NCBI GenBank assembly: GCA_030641115.1
Contig: DAOWID010000023.1
Span: 1 to 48,907, forward strand
From: Planctomycetota bacterium
Lineage (GTDB): Bacteria; Planctomycetota; Phycisphaerae; Sedimentisphaerales; Anaerobacaceae
Direction of reading: 5' to 3'
Length of the DNA: 48,907 nucleotides
Shown here: piece after piece, positions 1 through 7,958 of the stretch
How the letters are laid out: each line of letters begins with the position of its first letter
Position numbering within the stretch: the first letter of the stretch is position 1
Notes under the pieces: generated by a model
What the model saw: the letters and a program-made list of their open reading frames with translations, nothing else
Database searches by the model: none
Told to the model about the DNA's origin: nothing
Program-made: the position numbers and the translations under genes

Positions 1-141
1 CCAACACGGTCCACACAGTAGCCCTTCGGTATCAGGGCATGGCGAAACTCTTTTAGTCGGGCCTGGTACTGGCCCTTGCCGGCGTCCATCAGCATCTTTG
101 TCGTTACGGGCAAGTTGATTTTGCAGTGGAACTTGAACAGG
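1..141. repeat. Terminal direct repeat (copy 1), identical to 48767-48907
   Basis: Base-by-base identity of the first 141 nt with the last 141 nt of the window. Confidence 0.95.
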
Positions 142-266
142 ACATAGACCGCATACAGCTTCGCCCACAGCCGCTTTTCTTCGGCCTCAGATACAGACGG
201 ATTGAACAGCAGCTCTACCGTACCGCCTGACTCGAAATCCATTACTCTTTGTTCCTGTAGCTCCAT
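1..266 (-). CDS. Hypothetical protein, N-terminal part of an ORF that wraps the circular junction
   Basis: ATG at 266 (AGGAA 4 nt upstream) or at 242. The frame stays open to base 1 and continues in frame into 48766..48649, giving about 127 aa in the circle. Confidence 0.5.
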   Translation of the reverse strand, partial: MELQEQRVMDFESGGTVELLFNPSVSEAEEKRLWAKLYAVYVLFKFHCKINLPVTTKMLMDAGKGQYQARLKEFRHALIPKGYCVDRV

Positions 267-302
267 CTAATTCCTGTTCGCCCACTGGTATCTAATAAAT
301 CC

Positions 303-575
303 CTACCAATACTCCCACAACTCCGGCTCATTCCTGTTCGCTAATTGGTCGGCGACAAACCGACACCATTGTTTAGAATAAAGCCCAACAACATAATCGC
401 CTTCATCGTGGGTCAAAAACCAATCAGAAACAGTCGACGCTGTCATACCCAACAACGGCCCGAAATGCGGATTACTCAGCATCAACATTCGCTGCTCAAT
501 TAAATGTTGCTTTTCCATTTTTCGTATCCAGCTTCGATTTTCTCTCGATATAGTTTTGCAAACTTTCTTATCCAT
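303..575 (-). CDS. Small putative helix-turn-helix DNA-binding protein
   Basis: ATG at 575 with GAGAGGGA about 6 nt upstream. The segment LSNPHFGPLLGMTASTVSDWF looks like an XRE/Cro-type HTH. The longer track form (to 638) lacks an RBS. Confidence 0.4.
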   Translation of the reverse strand: MDKKVCKTISRENRSWIRKMEKQHLIEQRMLMLSNPHFGPLLGMTASTVSDWFLTHDEGDYVVGLYSKQWCRFVADQLANRNEPELWEYW

Positions 576-892
576 CGCAGTCCCTCTCGTTGTTCGCCAG
601 CAAACGATGTACAGTTTGGCCCTCTGAGGTCTCCACATTCAACGCGGTCTTTTGCCCACATCTCTATTTCCTTACAAATTACTATTCGCCGCAAAGCATC
701 GCCACCACCAATCCCCTCCGCTATAAGTTGCAGCGCATACCAGTCCGCCAGTCGCTCTGGACCCATTCCAGAAGGAGCAATCGGCACACAGGGCTGATTT
801 TTTAGCAAAAGGCGAATTGTTCTTTGTGCTGGCTTTGTTAAAGTCTGCCAAAGCATATCTTGGTCAATTAACTGGTTTACTTGTGAATCCAT
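500..892 (-). CDS. Hypothetical protein
   Basis: 130-aa ORF abutting 893..1165 in the minus-strand gene array. No motif recognised. Its 3' end overlaps the next ORF by 76 nt. Confidence 0.4.
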   Translation of the reverse strand: MDSQVNQLIDQDMLWQTLTKPAQRTIRLLLKNQPCVPIAPSGMGPERLADWYALQLIAEGIGGGDALRRIVICKEIEMWAKDRVECGDLRGPNCTSFAGEQREGLRWIRKFAKLYREKIEAGYEKWKSNI

Positions 893-1165
893 CTATTCCT
901 CAACTTGGTCCTGTATTATGGTCCGCCGCGTATATTCCAAAGCCTCTGCCATTGTTTTTCTGTCGCCGTGATAATAGCTCCCCGTCCACCCACTCACCTC
1001 TTTTAAGAACACTTCCCCGCACCGACCACAAACCGTTCCTCGATAATGGTCAGTCCAATCAGAAAACGCACCCTGCTTGATATGCAAAGTCTCTGTTACC
1101 GCCTCTGTAGGTTTATGACCCAAAAGCCTACACTTAATTCTGTTCCACCTACTCATTTCGCCCAA
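893..1165 (-). CDS. Hypothetical Cys-containing protein (C-x3-GHK ... CGRCG, DUF1660-like by eye)
   Basis: 90-aa ORF, tightly packed with its neighbours. KCRLLGHKP and CGRCG motifs. Confidence 0.45.
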   Translation of the reverse strand: MGEMSRWNRIKCRLLGHKPTEAVTETLHIKQGAFSDWTDHYRGTVCGRCGEVFLKEVSGWTGSYYHGDRKTMAEALEYTRRTIIQDQVEE

Positions 1166-1374
1166 CCTTTCTTTGGCCTTACTTCAACCCCGCAATAATT
1201 CTCAGGGCAGCAAAACAACGCCCAAAATATGCCGCAAATAATATCTATGAACTTATGAATCCAGAGCGGCGCAGAATGACAGTGCGTTTTAGTGCTCGAA
1301 TCGATGAGGGTTCGTCTTTTTGTTGTTCTCATTTCTTTTTGTCTCTCAAACATTTTTCTGCGCCGCCTTACCAA
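1153..1374 (-). CDS. Hypothetical small protein with a hydrophobic C-terminal half
   Basis: 73-aa ORF. Basic N-terminus, then IICGIFWALFCC hydrophobic stretch. Confidence 0.3.
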   Translation of the reverse strand: MVRRRRKMFERQKEMRTTKRRTLIDSSTKTHCHSAPLWIHKFIDIICGIFWALFCCPENYCGVEVRPKKGWAK

Positions 1375-1446
1375 ACTATTTTTCTCTACTTAACCAAATT
1401 GCCTACAGCAATCTCAATCCAAGACGGTCTCCTTTCTACCTTACAG

Positions 1447-1647
1447 CTATTTTGAGTTTTCGATTGCTGTTCGCGCAAATATCAATGCTGCGCCCAATAC
1501 GACCATCTGGATTCCTTCCACAGTTGTCGGCTCAATGGTCATGCCTATTGCATCACCGAGCGCTGTCAGAAACGGTGTCACCATCAAAAACAATGATGTC
1601 CATACCGTCCTGCGTTGCCAGAATGGTTTTTGTGGTATTTCTGCCAT
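1447..1647 (-). CDS. Holin-like small membrane protein (2 predicted TM segments)
   Basis: ATG at 1647 preceded by AGGAGA (7-nt spacer) overlapping the upstream stop. 66 aa with hydrophobic stretches TVWTSLFLMVTPFLTALG and IQMVVLGAALIFA. Confidence 0.5.
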   Translation of the reverse strand: MAEIPQKPFWQRRTVWTSLFLMVTPFLTALGDAIGMTIEPTTVEGIQMVVLGAALIFARTAIENSK

Positions 1648-1657
1648 AGTCTGTCTC

Positions 1658-1924
1658 CTATCTTTTGGCCAATAAAACGGTTCCAACAATACTCGCAATT
1701 CCAGCGATAAGCCAACCAACGCCAGTGGCTTGAGGACTGCCGGTTGCTACGCCTATCGCGCTTGTTGCCGCACCTGCGGCGTGTGCCGCAGTTACCCACG
1801 TCTGCACATCGCAAGGGTCGAGCGTTACCGCTCCGAATGGGTCCTCAGCGGTAGCGTTTTCTAAAGCGCATCCAACCATCAGCAGACAAAACAAAAGCCC
1901 GATAATTAAGATTCGTTTGTTCAT
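1658..1924 (-). CDS. Lipoprotein-signal protein with a C-terminal TM anchor (unimolecular-spanin-like topology)
   Basis: N-terminus MNKRILIIGLLFCLLMVGC (lipobox-like MVGC). C-terminus GWLIAGIASIVGTVLLAKR. 88 aa, lying between rusA and the holin-like ORF. Confidence 0.5.
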   Translation of the reverse strand: MNKRILIIGLLFCLLMVGCALENATAEDPFGAVTLDPCDVQTWVTAAHAAGAATSAIGVATGSPQATGVGWLIAGIASIVGTVLLAKR

Positions 1925-1942
1925 TGTGTTACTCCTTTCAAA

Positions 1943-2365
1943 TTAGGTTAAAGTTTCCACCAGCACTTCAGTGCGTGGCTTTTTGTCGTATCGCTTAAAA
2001 ACAGCCAGGGTGCATATCACAGAATCATCCCGCCAAAACACGCCATTCAAACTATCCAAAATAAACTTTGTGAGATTGTCGAGGTCGGGACGTTTAGCCG
2101 CCCATAACGGAGCTGATGATTTGAGCTGCCCTGTGTTTTTCCCCGTTCCATAGTGCCCTTTTGGACGAGACAAAAAGAACAGAACAGTCAAAGCAATAGG
2201 CTCATCAATTGGCTTGTCCGGCGCGTGTTCTTGTACGGTTTTGAGAAAGTCATTGCGCTCATCTGCGCTCGGGTCATATCTACGGGCAAACTTACCAACC
2301 TTGACCGTCCGATGCCGCTTCTGTGCCTTCGGGTCGCCTAATACTGTGAATTTAATTTGTGTCAT
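1943..2365 (-). CDS. rusA: RusA-family Holliday junction resolvase
   Basis: 140 aa. PDLDNLTKFILDSLNGVFWRDDSVI matches the RusA catalytic Asp-rich motif, and the size is typical. Confidence 0.9.
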   Translation of the reverse strand: MTQIKFTVLGDPKAQKRHRTVKVGKFARRYDPSADERNDFLKTVQEHAPDKPIDEPIALTVLFFLSRPKGHYGTGKNTGQLKSSAPLWAAKRPDLDNLTKFILDSLNGVFWRDDSVICTLAVFKRYDKKPRTEVLVETLT

Positions 2366-2393
2366 TACTTATCCCGTTCTGTGTTACGCTTTT

Positions 2394-2648
2394 TCATTTC
2401 TTGCCTTGTGACGTTCGGTTTTGCATTCCTGCACATTCCTTCTCCGCGTTGCACCACATCAAATGAACACTACAGAAGGGCAGGCGAATAAAAACGTGAT
2501 AGTGCGTGTAAGTAGGGAAAGCCATAGGGCCGTATTCAATTCCTAATACAACCGCCCACAAAAGCCGCACGTAAATCTCTAAACGGTATCGCCTACAAAT
2601 CCACACACGCCACGACCAACTATGACCAAACATTCTTGCTTTTACCAT
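2394..2648 (-). CDS. Hypothetical protein
   Basis: 84-aa ORF, Trp/Cys-rich and hydrophobic. No recognised motif. Confidence 0.35.
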   Translation of the reverse strand: MVKARMFGHSWSWRVWICRRYRLEIYVRLLWAVVLGIEYGPMAFPTYTHYHVFIRLPFCSVHLMWCNAEKECAGMQNRTSQGKK

Positions 2649-2773
2649 ATCATTTTCCTTTCAGGGCTTGACCTTCAACGACCGCTCTAAGTTCAAACAT
2701 TCTTCTTCTACAGCTTCTCTGTCTGCCTTCTTCCTGCCACAGTGGGCTTGACATTGAATCTCTAATAATCTTC

Positions 2774-3163
2774 TCACCGCTGCTTATTCTCAGCTTGAAC
2801 CTTGCGGCATTCAGTTTCGCCTTCGAGGGCTTGCAAAATATCCGCCGCTCGTTGTTGGGCATCTTCGGCCAAGGGTAGACATTCATAAGCTACCTTGCCC
2901 ATAAAATTGGCCTGAGAGTTCAATAGCTTCCTCAGCTGTTTGTTCTCGGCCCTTAATTCCACAACCTCGTCCGCCCACGCAGCTAAAGATTTATCGCCTT
3001 TGCGCAGAGCTTCGTTCTCCCGCAACATATTCTCAGCCTTGAATCTGTCCTTGCATAGGCCCAACTGCTTTTCGAGTTTAAGTATATGCTTCTCAAGAAG
3101 GTTTTTTCTCTCTTTCAGCAACGCCGCATCAAAGGCTGCTTGTAGGTTTTTCTGTCGTGCCAT
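2774..3163 (-). CDS. Hypothetical coiled-coil protein
   Basis: 129-aa ORF, heptad-like and K/E/L/Q-rich. Start abuts the stop of 3163..3654. Confidence 0.55.
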   Translation of the reverse strand: MARQKNLQAAFDAALLKERKNLLEKHILKLEKQLGLCKDRFKAENMLRENEALRKGDKSLAAWADEVVELRAENKQLRKLLNSQANFMGKVAYECLPLAEDAQQRAADILQALEGETECRKVQAENKQR

Positions 3164-3654
3164 TAGTCGCTGCCTTTCTTTGTTTTCTTTGTTTTCTTTG
3201 CTATCTCGATATGTAAATCACAGGCATAATCGCCTTGGTGCTTACCATCACATACCAGGGGTTGTATCGCTATAATGTCATCCATCGCACCCTCAAGCTC
3301 CGCTATCCGCTTGGTCTGGGTCTCCATTTCTTTATAGCACTCCTCCTGTCTGTTTATAATCTCCTGATAGTCGCAAATTATCTTGCGTGTGCCGACCAAG
3401 ATTTTCTCAAGCTTCGCTATTCGCTTGGCTTTGTTTCCAATCTCGTTTTGTAAGGCACAGGCTTTATTAAACCATTCGGTCGATTCTTTTTTGGCGGTAG
3501 CAAGGTCGGCTTCCACATCCACCGCAACTGCATACGCCAGCGGCGCAAATTTCTTGTAAGATACTTTGTGTTTTTTGCAGAAATAAAGCAGAGACATCTT
3601 GCCTTTATTGACTGCGATATAATCCTTGATGATTTCGATTGGTTGCTCAGTCAT
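3163..3654 (-). CDS. Hypothetical coiled-coil protein
   Basis: 163-aa ORF. Overlaps the upstream gene end by 8 nt, suggesting translational coupling. Confidence 0.6.
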   Translation of the reverse strand: MTEQPIEIIKDYIAVNKGKMSLLYFCKKHKVSYKKFAPLAYAVAVDVEADLATAKKESTEWFNKACALQNEIGNKAKRIAKLEKILVGTRKIICDYQEIINRQEECYKEMETQTKRIAELEGAMDDIIAIQPLVCDGKHQGDYACDLHIEIAKKTKKTKKGSD

Positions 3655-4573
3655 TTTCTGCTTCCTTTCTTCGTTTCAATTCCTCTGCTATTAGCGGCCT
3701 CCGGCCTATGTTTGCATTACCCACCAGCATCTTGGCTAACCGCTCGCTTGAAAAGTCGCGTAGCTGTTCTTGAAAGTCCCGCTTGGCATTCTCGGCCCGC
3801 TCATGTTTAGCCCGTTCCATATTGGCCTTTTGCCGCTCTTCTGCCTCCTGTTCCCTGTTTTTTGTTCCTTGCTGCTCAAGGATTTTGGTGTAGTTGGTTT
3901 CGTTCTTGAGTATCCAGTCCACGTTTGCCCGCCAACCACTATCGTTCTTGCCGGTATGAAACGATGATTTTGAGAGCGCATCGATTATCTGTTGCCACTT
4001 TGCAGCAAAAACCGACTCGCTCATACGGGCAAGAAACTTTCTCTTGCGTTCAGTGGTTGCGGATTGGATTTTGGGGAGATTGGGTTTACTATTCCAGTGT
4101 TGAATAAAATCAGTAAGTGTAACAATTTCTTTATCTTCTTTTATAGAAGATGAAGTAGAAGTAGAAGAATAGGGTGTTACTTCGCCGTTACCTTGCTGTT
4201 TCTTCTTCTCCCGACACCTATAAACTCGCTTTCTTACATCCATACGGGCCTTATATTCCCCGTGCATACGCCTGTTAATGATTGTTACTTTTCCGCTACG
4301 AAATGAGACACTTGCAAATTTCAACGAATTATTAACAGCAAAGAACTCTTTGAGTTCGTCCGGGCGGCATCCAAGCACACGACAAAATTGCTCTTTAGAC
4401 AGCCGGATTTTGCCCTGTTCCGGTGCATCCCACATTCGCATTAAGAGATTAAACCACACCCCCTGCGCACACATAGACGAACCCTTCACGTCAAAAGCCC
4501 GCCACCAATCAGCCGGATAGAATTGTAAAGAAGGTCGTTCGTTCATTTGCTTCCTTGCGGCATTATTTGTCAA
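3647..4573 (-). CDS. DUF1376 (YdaU-like) putative replication-initiation protein
   Basis: N-terminus LQFYPADWW...GVWFNLLMRMW resembles the DUF1376 signature. 308 aa, in the replication neighbourhood. Start is uncertain: TTG at 4573 or ATG at 4546. Confidence 0.65.
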   Translation of the reverse strand: MTNNAARKQMNERPSLQFYPADWWRAFDVKGSSMCAQGVWFNLLMRMWDAPEQGKIRLSKEQFCRVLGCRPDELKEFFAVNNSLKFASVSFRSGKVTIINRRMHGEYKARMDVRKRVYRCREKKKQQGNGEVTPYSSTSTSSSIKEDKEIVTLTDFIQHWNSKPNLPKIQSATTERKRKFLARMSESVFAAKWQQIIDALSKSSFHTGKNDSGWRANVDWILKNETNYTKILEQQGTKNREQEAEERQKANMERAKHERAENAKRDFQEQLRDFSSERLAKMLVGNANIGRRPLIAEELKRRKEAEND

Positions 4574-4577
4574 TCCG

Positions 4578-4727
4578 TTACTGTTTACTCCGTTCTCGTA
4601 AATACTCCTGCAAGTCCCGCCTGCGGCCTGTTTGTGCAGTACGTTTTGCAGTCTTGAGTCGCCGCCTAAAGGCTTCCTCCTCGCCCCTTTCTCGGCAGCA
4701 GGTTTCGCAGGTACAAGACTTACTCAT
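4578..4727 (-). CDS. Possible 49-aa Cys-rich/basic peptide
   Basis: ATG at 4727 overlapping the YopX stop. Sequence MSKSCTCETCCRERGEEEAFRRRLK... Below the track length cutoff. It fills an otherwise empty gap. Confidence 0.25.
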   Translation of the reverse strand: MSKSCTCETCCRERGEEEAFRRRLKTAKRTAQTGRRRDLQEYLRERSKQ

Positions 4728-5187
4728 CTTTGGCCTCCAGTAAATGAGGGTGTTCCCAGGCGTTGCCGATGACCTCTAAATCTTCTGTGCCAAAGTTGTC
4801 TCCATCAGGGTAGTAAAAGCTCCACTCCTTACCCCTAACCAAAACAATCTCAAATCCACCTACGCCCAAAAGGGAGTATTTTATTACACCGATTGCCCCG
4901 TTATATTTTTTGCAGTTTTCGGGGGCATCCTCGCGGTATCTTTTAACCACATCCCCCTTATATATCTCTTTATCTTTCTTATCCTTGGTGCTCGTGCATT
5001 GCCCTACGCTTTCGGGCTGGACTTCAGTCATACCACAGATTCCATCCATAAATGTAGCGTCAGGCGTTGTGCTACAAAGTTCCGCATCATCAAGAACGAT
5101 AAAATGCTTGCCTTCAACAACGCAGTGATAGCCCTCAACCCTGCGATTTGTTTTTATTGTCCAGCCTCTGTATTTCCCGTTAGGCAT
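4720..5187 (-). CDS. YopX-family protein
   Basis: C-terminus LEVIGNAWEHPHLLE matches the characteristic YopX ending (EVIGNIhENPELL). 155 aa. Confidence 0.8.
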   Translation of the reverse strand: MPNGKYRGWTIKTNRRVEGYHCVVEGKHFIVLDDAELCSTTPDATFMDGICGMTEVQPESVGQCTSTKDKKDKEIYKGDVVKRYREDAPENCKKYNGAIGVIKYSLLGVGGFEIVLVRGKEWSFYYPDGDNFGTEDLEVIGNAWEHPHLLEAKDE

Positions 5188-5375
5188 TGGTCGTCTCCGT
5201 TTTCTGCTTGTTCGGGCTCTGCCCTGTCTCTGACCTTGACCAGTTCATCTCGTGGCGTAATAGAAATCACCACACCGTCATACTCGAACTTGATTTTGCC
5301 CCCGTCCAGTGTTTGTAATTTTGCTGCCCTTACGAGTTCAAGAACCTTTTGTTTGTGTTCTACTTTCTTAGCCAA
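5154..5375 (-). CDS. Hypothetical protein
   Basis: 73-aa ORF in the operon, overlapping the YopX start. Confidence 0.5.
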   Translation of the reverse strand: MAKKVEHKQKVLELVRAAKLQTLDGGKIKFEYDGVVISITPRDELVKVRDRAEPEQAENGDDQCLTGNTEAGQ

Positions 5376-5477
5376 AGCTGTCGAACGCGCAATCTGAAAC
5401 TGTTTATAGACTCGTGCCGCATCTATAATGGCTTTGGCGTTTTCGGGTTTTCTTTTTTTGCCATTTTCTGAATCCTT

Positions 5478-5927
5478 TCATTTTGGTTTTGTACTTTTGT
5501 CCTGGTTTTTGATTTCCGGTGTTTGATACCATCCGGTTTTATTCCAATTTCTATTAGGTGGCTCTACTGCATAACCCGCTTTTGCCAATGTAATTATGCA
5601 GTCGTCGATGTATCGTGAGTATTCCTGCCGGTTCAGTTTTGATAGGGCCTTTCTATAATTATGACGCTTACCCTCAACTTGCGGTGAGTGGTGGCGGCGG
5701 AGGGCATCATCCAACTCATCTTTGAGATAGCCCAAATCCTCTGCTGCTGCCAAGACAACGGCGAAATAGTAACCTCTTTGCTCTGCGGTCGGGTCTTTGC
5801 CTCGCAGCTCGATAGTTACTTCAACTTCTTTGCCCTGCCACTTAGGGCTTGTTAAAAAGGCCCGTATTTGGTCGTTCCAGTCCCAAGTTATCGCAGCCAA
5901 CTCTATTTTGCCGAAAAACGTAGGCAT
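5478..5927 (-). CDS. Possible NinB/Orf-like recombination mediator
   Basis: 149 aa, next to ssb. The layout (VEVTIELRG...EQRGYYFAVV ... LNRQEYSRYIDDCIITLAKAGY) parallels lambda Orf by eye. Confidence 0.4.
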   Translation of the reverse strand: MPTFFGKIELAAITWDWNDQIRAFLTSPKWQGKEVEVTIELRGKDPTAEQRGYYFAVVLAAAEDLGYLKDELDDALRRHHSPQVEGKRHNYRKALSKLNRQEYSRYIDDCIITLAKAGYAVEPPNRNWNKTGWYQTPEIKNQDKSTKPK

Positions 5928-5944
5928 CCTTGCCCCTTAATCCC

Positions 5945-6352
5945 TTAAAATGGAATATCATCATCATCGTTGGATGTGTTCGCTTGTCTCTGTGGTGGGC
6001 TTTGTGGCTGCGCAGGTTCAGCTTTAGTTGTGCCGACAAACTGGAAGCTCTCTACTGTGATGCGGTGCTTGCTGCACTTCCGCCCATCTTGAGCGGTCCA
6101 GCTATCAAAGGTCAAGCGGCCCTCAACAAACAAAGGTGCGCCCTTTGATAGATATTTATTGATATTCTCGGCTGTTCTGCCAAAAGCGCGACAGTCAACA
6201 AAGCACGCTTCCTCCCTATCCTCACCATTCTTACTTTTCCATTTTCGGTTGACGGCAAGGCCGAAATCCACCACCGCCGTTTGGCTCGGCAGATACGATA
6301 GCTGTGGTTCGCGGGTCAAGTTGCCCGCCAACATTACTTTGTTGTAATTCAT
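5945..6352 (-). CDS. ssb: Single-stranded DNA-binding protein
   Basis: OB-fold N-terminus (MNYNKVMLAGNLTREPQL...) and acidic tail ending DDDDIPF. Confidence 0.95.
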   Translation of the reverse strand: MNYNKVMLAGNLTREPQLSYLPSQTAVVDFGLAVNRKWKSKNGEDREEACFVDCRAFGRTAENINKYLSKGAPLFVEGRLTFDSWTAQDGRKCSKHRITVESFQFVGTTKAEPAQPQSPPQRQANTSNDDDDIPF

Positions 6353-6354
6353 AA

Positions 6355-7179
6355 CTATTCCTTTCCATTGTTATTATTCCAGTCTGCCTCTGCATCGGAG
6401 TAAACAATCCCGTGAAAGCCAGCAAGTTTCAGGATAACCCTATCTTTTGCCCGTTTCTCAGCCATCGCAAAAGGATATGGCAGGAAAGTATTATCGGGGG
6501 ACGCCTCTCCGTATGACCACTCTTGAACATGAGCTATCGTACCCGCCAAACCCATTCGACCATTGACAAACAACACTACATTACGCCCATCTTTACCTTT
6601 ACCTTTGGCTTCAATCTTTTCATTGACTATGATTTGTGGCGGGTCGAATACAATCCCTGCCTTTGCCGCAATCTGTTCACAGTAGCGGTGGTAGATAATC
6701 CAGTTAGTTGTTGTCACCTGCGTTTTCTTATTTGTCCGAATACATGGCCAAAGTGCATCAGTGGCGGCAATGTCGTATTGGGCCAAGACTTGCTCAACTA
6801 TCGGGTCAAGAATCCCTTCTGCCTTTTCTTTTGTGTCAGGCGGCTCTGATGTGCCTTTAGGTGTTTTGTGTGCGATGATAAGCAATCGCCTTTCTACTTT
6901 TCCGCCTTTGTTTGTAAATTCATCAATAGTTGCACTTTCAATCAGTAGTTCACGGCCTTTGATAATCGGTATGTATGATTTGCCTGCCGTAATAGGAGCT
7001 ATCGCCCATATATGGCCGGACATATCCGTTACGCCTAAAGGCTGAGTCCATTCCTGGTTCGCCTGTTTTTTGGGCAGGGTTGGGTCAACTTGCTTTATCC
7101 CCCCCGCCGTTGTTACAATTACCGCCAAATCCTCTACCGTATCGCCAACAGGCAATCGTTTTGCTTCTTCAATTCGCAT
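6355..7179 (-). CDS. Putative Rad52/Sak-like single-strand annealing protein with an extra N-terminal domain
   Basis: ATG at 7179 with AAGGAG 7 nt upstream. C-terminal AMAEKRAKDRVILKLAGFHGIVYSDAE resembles the Sak/Rad52 motif (A..DA.KRA..R...G..G..LYD). It sits between ssb and the early genes. Confidence 0.5.
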   Translation of the reverse strand: MRIEEAKRLPVGDTVEDLAVIVTTAGGIKQVDPTLPKKQANQEWTQPLGVTDMSGHIWAIAPITAGKSYIPIIKGRELLIESATIDEFTNKGGKVERRLLIIAHKTPKGTSEPPDTKEKAEGILDPIVEQVLAQYDIAATDALWPCIRTNKKTQVTTTNWIIYHRYCEQIAAKAGIVFDPPQIIVNEKIEAKGKGKDGRNVVLFVNGRMGLAGTIAHVQEWSYGEASPDNTFLPYPFAMAEKRAKDRVILKLAGFHGIVYSDAEADWNNNNGKE

Positions 7180-7213
7180 TGTTATTCTCCTTTCATATAA
7201 AAACACTCAGGGG

Positions 7214-7423
7214 TCACTCCCCGTGCTGTTCAGGCTGAGTCTGCTGCCCCTGAGTGTTATCTTTCCTTTCGGCCTCGCTCATTAGTTTGTCCAGTGCAGC
7301 AACTTCCAATTTCATTTGCTTATGCTCGATTATTAGCCTGTCGCAGTGGCTATCCAAGCTTTCTAAGTACGCCAGATGCGTCTTACGATAAACACAATCC
7401 TTACACTTGATTGGCTCACTCAT
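7214..7423 (-). CDS. Hypothetical small protein (paralog of 7416..7589)
   Basis: 69 aa. IKCKDCVYRKTHLAYLESLDS is shared with the neighbouring ORF. ATGA start/stop overlap. Confidence 0.55.
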   Translation of the reverse strand: MSEPIKCKDCVYRKTHLAYLESLDSHCDRLIIEHKQMKLEVAALDKLMSEAERKDNTQGQQTQPEQHGE

Positions 7424-7589
7424 TTTGGGTTTCCTTTTTCCGTTCGGCCTTGCGGCTTAGTTCTTTTGCCGCCGGAACCGCCGCCTTAATTTCTATAAAT
7501 AGCTTATTGGCGCGACTCTCTAAGTTATCCAGATATGTCAAATATGCTTTGCGATAAGCACCATCCTTACACCTGATTGGCTTAATCAT
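7416..7589 (-). CDS. Hypothetical small protein (paralog of 7214..7423)
   Basis: 57-aa ORF below the track cutoff: MIKPIRCKDGAYRKAYLTYLDNLES... Preceded by AGGAGGCCCAAA. Confidence 0.5.
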   Translation of the reverse strand: MIKPIRCKDGAYRKAYLTYLDNLESRANKLFIEIKAAVPAAKELSRKAERKKETQNE

Positions 7590-7780
7590 TTTGGGCCTCC
7601 TTTTTCTATTTCGGTCTTATGTAAGGGACAGTAGTGTTTGCCGTCTTGCACCAACCAACCTTTTTCCTGTCGTAAATAATCCTGCCTTTCTCTATCTGTA
7701 GCGCGTAGGTTGAAACCTTCAAATCGCTCTAAACATTCGCCATCCCCATAATCACATTCTATAACTACCATCTCACTCAT
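7586..7780 (-). CDS. Hypothetical small protein
   Basis: 64 aa, ATGA-coupled at both ends. Ends EKGGPK. Confidence 0.55.
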   Translation of the reverse strand: MSEMVVIECDYGDGECLERFEGFNLRATDRERQDYLRQEKGWLVQDGKHYCPLHKTEIEKGGPK

Positions 7781-7958
7781 TTTGGGTCTTCACCTCATCT
7801 TTCCTTTCGGCCTCGCCGCAGAAATTTCCTTCAAGTTCTATCTTTAATAAGTGGTCGAGATAAACCGCCAACTCCTCAACAGAGAAGGTTTCTAATCGTT
7901 CTGGTTTTGCTCCTTTGTTTATTTCGCAAATTGCCGCGATGGTTTCAGCCTTGGTCAT
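7773..7958 (-). CDS. Hypothetical small protein
   Basis: ATG at 7958 preceded by AAAAGGAGGCCCAAA. 61 aa. Confidence 0.5.
   Translation of the reverse strand: MTKAETIAAICEINKGAKPERLETFSVEELAVYLDHLLKIELEGNFCGEAERKDEVKTQNE

Noticed and set aside
2650-2886. 78-aa minus-strand ORF.
   Set aside because: It overlaps the 3' 113 nt of the better-supported 2774..3163 ORF in another frame. Only a 34-aa remnant would be free, and there is no RBS evidence.
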